Shown here one piece after another: positions 58,208 through 64,000 of a DNA stretch of 64,000 bases (position 1 is the stretch's first letter; each line of letters starts with the position of its first letter). Source of the stretch: Utricularia gibba (Eukaryota > Plantae > Magnoliophyta); contig NEEC01000019.1 in assembly GCA_002189035.1 (NCBI GenBank), positions 1,302,001 through 1,366,000 of the forward strand, written 5' to 3'. A program made the translations under genes and the position numbers. A model generated the notes under the pieces. That model was not told the origin of the DNA. It saw only the letters and a program-made list of their open reading frames with translations, and did no database searches.

Positions 58208-59848
58208 TCATCTCCTAAGTCTCCTTGTGAGTTTTAACCTTTTGATTGCCATAGCAGTCACTGCTGCTGAGAGTGTGTACCTACAGTTTGCAGAAACTTA
58301 AGACAACGAGCAAACTCCGATTTGGGCGTGTTCATGTATGAATGTTGATTGAGAAAACAAACGAGAGGAAAGCAGGAGTACCAGGTCATTGTGTAGTTCA
58401 GATGGTCTTGAGGCATTACTGAGCTTCGAATTAGTGTGTTCATGTCCTTGGGGATGGGGTACGGCTTGCTTGCAGTAGCATCCTCATTTGTGTGTTCCAG
58501 ATACAAGGTTTCCTCGGTGAGCCCACGATCCCGAGCAATCGCCAGAACATCGACATAAAACCACTGGTAGGTGTTGGGATCATTTGCAGGAACAAATATT
58601 GAAGGCTTCTCACTACCGCGTACCACACCTATGACTTCTGTCACATTGCTTGCTGCCGGAGAGACCTCCTGAGGGCTTCAAATTAATGCTAAAACGATGC
58701 TAAAAAAATGGTAACAGCATGATATTCCAACCTTTTTTGCATCTTGGTTGCTGGTTCTGGTTGGCAGCAACTCATTAGATTTGAAAGAGGCGGTTGCCTT
58801 GTCCCTCCAACTACGAGGAACCCATCCTCTGTTGACTAAAATAGGGGAATGTGCACTGTAAAGAACATATCACTGGATGAATACCCACATGGTGTTTCTA
58901 TGGAAATCACTGAAGTATTCTCACCTTTGAGCATCACCTGCGATCGGCAGAAGCGGCGTTATGAGATAGTACCCATTTTCTGTAACTCCAGAGATGCTTC
59001 TAGAGCGTGGGCCTATGAATACTGAATTCTCTTCATCATACGTTCCCTTGATTTTTACTCTTCTGAACTCCAGAGCATCTAGCTTGCTGTTGAGAGTAGA
59101 AACTTCACCACCCTTAAGTGGCTCCATTGAAAGCCTGCTCTCTCGATGTTGAAGTAATTCAATCTATGCAGAAGAAGAAAAATCAGAGCAGAATATTAAA
59201 AGCAATCAAAACAAGAGAAATGCGCAGAGAACCAACAATACTGTTACAAGCCAAGACCAGTGAAATAAAGAAGAAAACCGATAATCCAGCAGCAGTGTGT
59301 GTTTAAAAGCACATAAAGGGAGAAAAAGTCAAATAAAAACCCATGAATCGAAGCATGAAAAACATCAACCTTTTCTTGCCTTCTGAAAATTTGCCAGGTA
59401 CCAAGGCCAAATGAGATTGCTCCAGGTACAAACAGCAATAACTTCGACCATGTATTTGAAGTGCCCTCTGGAATCCGCAACAAACATAAAATTATCCTTG
59501 TACGATTTGAAACAATGGCAATGAACTCACAATGGGTCACGAGGCAAAAAGCACATTATTAAATTCTAATGTGTTGCAATCGTAATAATAACAAAAAGGA
59601 CATTGAAATCCTCGAACACCAAATTATAACAAGGAAAGCGGTACTCAAAGATCAAAGAAAGAAAGGTCACACATGATGAATGAAGAAATCTACAAGAAAC
59701 GTAGTGGGCGTTAAGTATAAATACCAACATATGCGGGAGCTGACGTCGAAAATGGAGAGAAATGAGGAATCAGTTTGGTAGAGACCTTGGAAACACCTTG
59801 CAACTGAAGGTTCTTCACAGCGGTTCTAAAGATGTGAGATGCTGCCAT
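58208..59848 (-). CDS. SURF1: Surfeit locus protein 1 (cytochrome c oxidase assembly), 6 coding exons
   Basis: Presequence-like MAASHIFRTAVKNLQL; WSKLLLFVPGAISFGLGTWQIFRRQEK; LEFRRV; GPRSRSISG; ILVNRGWVP; NDPNTYQWFYVDV; HLNYTMTWYTLS..RRLRR*. Confidence 0.96.
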
Positions 59849-60498
59849 GGCTACACACAACACATTTCATCATGTTTTCAGAAACAAAACGTGAGAACTC
59901 ACAAAAACGCCCTTCCAAATACAAAGTTAATTCACTCCGGCCTCCAAAAATTCAAAAATGAAAACTTTACGGAAATTCAATCACCTGGGTTCTGAAAAAG
60001 ATAGCAACTTTGAACTTCTAGAAGATCCTGAGAACAGGGAAGAGCAAATTACCTCGAGTAAACTTAAATTTGGTTAGTTCCTCGACTTAAAGTGAAACCC
60101 TTTTTGCGTCATGGACCGGAAATGGTGGTGGGTCTTCGCCGTCGCTCCTGATCTTGGCGAAGAAAGGAAGAAAGCAGGTACTGTTGCTGCCGGAAATGGT
60201 GATGGGTTTTCGACGTCGCTTCTGAATCCGGATCGGAATTGAACCTGAAAACGCTCCAAAATTGCCCTAATTCCCATAGACCTCAAACCGGATGGAGGTC
60301 ACTGGCCTCGAGCCCTTAGCCCACCAAACTAGTTCTATTTATCTTTTAATAAAGTGAGGTAACTGGACAATTAACAAAAGAAAGGCACGTTGAAAATAGG
60401 GAATTGTTGCTGTTCTCCGAGGGGAGAAAGTGTACTACACAGCCAAAGCATGAAGGGCATGATGCTGCAGATGGAGCTTGGGAGTACAAAACAAGTAG

Positions 60499-62056
60499 TC
60501 ATCCTCTCAACCAAGTGTTCCGGTAAGAAGAGTTGTCCTTCAAGGACGCATCGTGAGGTTTGTATTCCATAACGTAGCTCACAGGAAGTTTCAGATGCCG
60601 TTTGATCGAATCCCTCAACGCCATTACTCCCTACGGTTCATTGCATCGTGTCAATGATGATGGCTTCGGAGATAGCAAACTAAAGATGGTGTTGAAGAGC
60701 AGAAGCCAGCGAACCAACCTGATGATCGGATGCGTTGCGGTTCCACACGCTTAATATATCCTCATTGAAGCGAACACTCAATACGGCTCCACAAACGTCG
60801 TCACCATAGTCAAGCTGATCTCCGATCAATGCTAAGACCTTCAGAAAATGAGACCAGTTAGAGTATCTTTAACATTTTTGTATCAATCTATATATCTATG
60901 CTACTATGTATATATTACAAGAAGAATGTGTGAACATTTTTAAGGCAACTGAATCAAGTCCTCCCGCCTCCTCATGATCAGAAGGAAAAAGGATATAAAG
61001 CCACTTAGCCGACTGCAACATACATGAGACACCAGAAAAAATAAATAAAAAAGAAAAGAACAGTAAAGCACATCAACAAGCACTTTCTACATACCAAGTC
61101 CTCCCAAAAACGGCCAGACACGACCTTCTTAAACCTGATTATCCATTTTCCACCAGTGCAGTTTGCAGCATCCTAGAGAAATAATAGACAGCTTATGACA
61201 GTCAGTGCGGAGCTAACACAGGCATACATGATACCGCTTTCTCAAATACGTAAAGGAATTACCTCCCAAAGTGGCCGGATACCATCCTTAAAAAGATGTA
61301 AATCAGTTGGGCTTGGTAACATTGCGGGACGTGCTAGGTGACAATAACAAGCCCAGAAGGCTTCAACCTGCAATCAGTCATTACTATAAGAACACCATAC
61401 ACATAAGCCACATCTAAGGACGTGAAACTCCCAAAATAATCAGTCAAATAAAATAGCAGAAAACCCACAGTGCTGAATTCAACAATCTTCTTTATATTAT
61501 CCTCATAAGATGTCTGAGTTCTGACACCAGGTGTTCGCCGAGTGTACCAAAATACAAACTTGTGCTGCAAGTTCATATATATTGAATAAATAAGATATAC
61601 AAAAACAAAGAACATTACAGTATCATTTACCAATACCTGAACTATAAACACCAAAATTGCATTCAAGATAACAAAAAAAAAAACAGTTCACACGAATCAA
61701 TTTTTAGCTTTCTTGAAAGGAAAAGGAAATATCATTTGCACCAGAATGATGCGTAGAACAAATAATTATTCTACAAACGCATCGTCTTCGTGCCTTGATT
61801 TCAGACCTTATTTTGTAAACTTCATCAAATTCCTCTTACCATAAACATGGCACATAAATATTCAATTTAAGAAATGAAGGAAGATATGAAGTATGGGCAA
61901 ATGCTGAAGAATAGCCAGGAGTCAAACTTTGAGGGGATGAAGACCGGCTTTGAGATCGAGGGCAACGCGGTCTTTATACCCGTCGGATTGAGACTGAGAC
62001 TGCGTGATGTCGCTGTTATCTTGGTCTTTCTTCTCGGTTTCCGATGCGAAGTCCAT
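60499..62056 (-). CDS. nCBP: Novel cap-binding protein (class II eIF4E), 6 exons
   Basis: HPLKHKFVFWYTRRTPGVR..YEDNIKKIVEFSTVEAFW, DLHLFKDGIRPLWED, GGKWI, RFWEDL, SVRFNEDILSVWNRNA, YKPHDASL..RNTWLRG*. Confidence 0.97.
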
Positions 62057-62164
62057 GGCTGCTCCGCCCGTTCCGGTGCCCTCGCTCGTCTTTGCTGTTG
62101 ATGACTGGTGTTTGAGTTCAACCGATGAAAAAACTGCATAAAATGAAACACGCCGGAAATTAAA

Positions 62165-62235
62165 ATTGGGCTTTAGGGATACCGAATCATCTCTCGGCCC
62201 ATATAAATTGGGCCCAATCAGCCCTTGGCCCAAGA
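62165..62235. promoter_or_regulatory. Site II-rich bidirectional promoter (nCBP / 5-FCL)
   Basis: TTGGGCT, GGCCCA x3 and TGGGCCCA within 70 bp; 362 bp between the divergent ATGs. Confidence 0.6.
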
Positions 62236-62418
62236 TGCAGTCCACTCCATTTTCTCACCCGTACGCTTGCCAATTTCTCGATTGCCGAAGGGGCAGAGGA
62301 ATCTTCCGGCCGGCGGCGGTGCGAGGTCCTAGGTAACCATCTATCCTTCCATCTTTTTCCTCTTTCTCGCGTATCGGGTAAGACCTTTCTTGATTGCGCC
62401 AAAATCTTTCAAGGCGAA

Positions 62419-63845
62419 ATGACAATAAGAGCCAGGCACTTCAATCGATTTGCAGGACGTATGCTCTTCCCATTCACCGTTTTTCCTTCTGCGACAAACC
62501 CCGTGTCCTCTGTGTCAAACTGCAGCGCCTTCTGTAACCTGAATCGTCGATCCTCCGGTTCCACCACCGTGATCGGTTCAACTTCTAGCATTGCTGGTAT
62601 GGAAGATATCTTCAAACAAAAAAAGGCCCTTAGATCAAAAATCAAGAAGGAGCTCAAGTCAATGGATCCAATTCTCAGATGCCGTGAAGGCAATGCAGCT
62701 TTTCGAAATACATCCTATCTATTTGCGTCATTATTAGGTTTTGAATCCATCTTCCCCCTTTTTCAGATGATGCGATACAAAATTTAGTATTGGAAGCTCC
62801 CTGGTTCAAGTCCTGCAGAAGGCTCTGCGCTTATATTAGTTGTGCTGCTTTGAGAGAAGTTGACACTTCCAAAGTGCTATCCCATATTTTGGAAGACAGT
62901 AGCCAAGGTTTTGGGTTTCATTGATTTCCTTATGAACAAATCTGTTTCCTTGAGTTCACAGTTTCACTGATTTTCAAAATTTATCCCCTTGATTTCTCTT
63001 TGATTAGGAGAAGCTCTAATTTTTCTGTGTTTCACAAGCTACTGATCCAGAGGCAAGAAAGAAGCTCTATGTTCCCAGAGTGGAAGACAAGAATAGTTTC
63101 ATGCGGATGCTAAACATCCGTAGAACAGATGATCTGATTGCAAACTCCATGAACATTTTGGAACCTGCTCCATATGACAGCGCTCGGAACGTACCAGAAG
63201 ACGGTAAATTCTTCCCTAGGCATGTATAATTTGAGCTACGTAGTTGTATCTGAATCTCAACCAATAAATATAAATGCAGTCATGTTCGCAAATGAGCCCG
63301 TTGATTTGATCCTCATACCAGGTAAGATCTACAATCTTCTCCAAGATCTCCCTTTCACATCATTAATGCTTGACGCTACTTTCCTCAAACAAGCATGCAT
63401 TTCCTTGGAATCATTGCAGGGGTTGCCTTTGACAAAACTGGAATGCGATTGGGCCGTGGAGGTGGGTAAGTACGGCCACTCATTTGTTGTCAATACAGTA
63501 TCCTACCCCAATCCCCTGACTTATGACACTGCTTTCATGAAGTTACTACGACGCCTTCCTTAAAAAGTACGCAGAGCTAGCAAAGGAGCGAAACTGGCGC
63601 AAGCCCCTTTTCGGTAAGCATGCTACAGACCTTCCCAGCTCGAAGAAAGTCCCGAATCAAACTTTTGTCAAATCAAGACATGAACTTTGATGGGTTTTCT
63701 TTGATTTTCAGTTGCACTTTCCTACTCCATTCAAATCGTTGATCCCGGTGTTATTCCAGCGACACCAAGTGATGTTCCTGTGGATGCTATAATCTCACCC
63801 TCTGGCATCATTCCCGTTGAAAACGCCGCATCCCCTCCCATCATG
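62419..63845 (+). CDS. 5FCL: 5-formyltetrahydrofolate cyclo-ligase with organellar presequence, 7 exons
   Basis: FKQKKALRSKIKKEL, PWFKSCRRLCAYISC, KLYVPRVEDKNS, NSMNILEP, PGVAFDKTGMRLGRGGGYYD, VALSYSIQ, DVPVDAIISPSG..*; first intron GC-AG. Confidence 0.96.
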
Positions 63846-64000
63846 AAGCAGCCGCCTCCATCAGGTTTATCACCGTTGGTTCCGGGCCAATAGGAGCGCG
63901 ACACGCATGATAATAATTAAAATTATATTATTATATATTGTATTTTGGATTTACGGGTGGATACACTATCCCATCCGATACGATAGACAGCTGCTGTATG

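Overview
Gene-dense eudicot nuclear DNA: about 23 intron-containing or single-exon genes in 64 kb (roughly one per 2.8 kb), short introns and short AT-rich spacers. This resembles a miniature genome such as Lentibulariaceae; the taxon is an inference. Gene models were built by hand from splice sites and recalled homolog sequences; no database search was run. In order: first exon of a secreted/membrane protein, small FRYxPLxYALNF-family protein, DUF579, CBS-PB1 protein, NOP53, YbaK-domain protein, adenylosuccinate lyase, TLDc protein, PLS-E PPR, RNase J, Serinc, DUF1995, CRL, HD-Zip II, phytosulfokine precursor, a 54-aa PIGBOS1-like microprotein, ARL8, NUB1, PAT24/TIP1, an uncharacterised plant protein, SURF1, nCBP and 5-FCL. 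No rRNA, tRNA or CRISPR features are supported. Most notable: (i) a two-exon 54-aa microprotein resembling animal PIGBOS1 that the ORF track misses; (ii) three -1 frameshifts, all at G/C runs and probably consensus errors; (iii) a predicted NOP53 terminal exon lying antisense inside the YbaK CDS; (iv) a spliced PSK precursor that the ORF track only partly captures.
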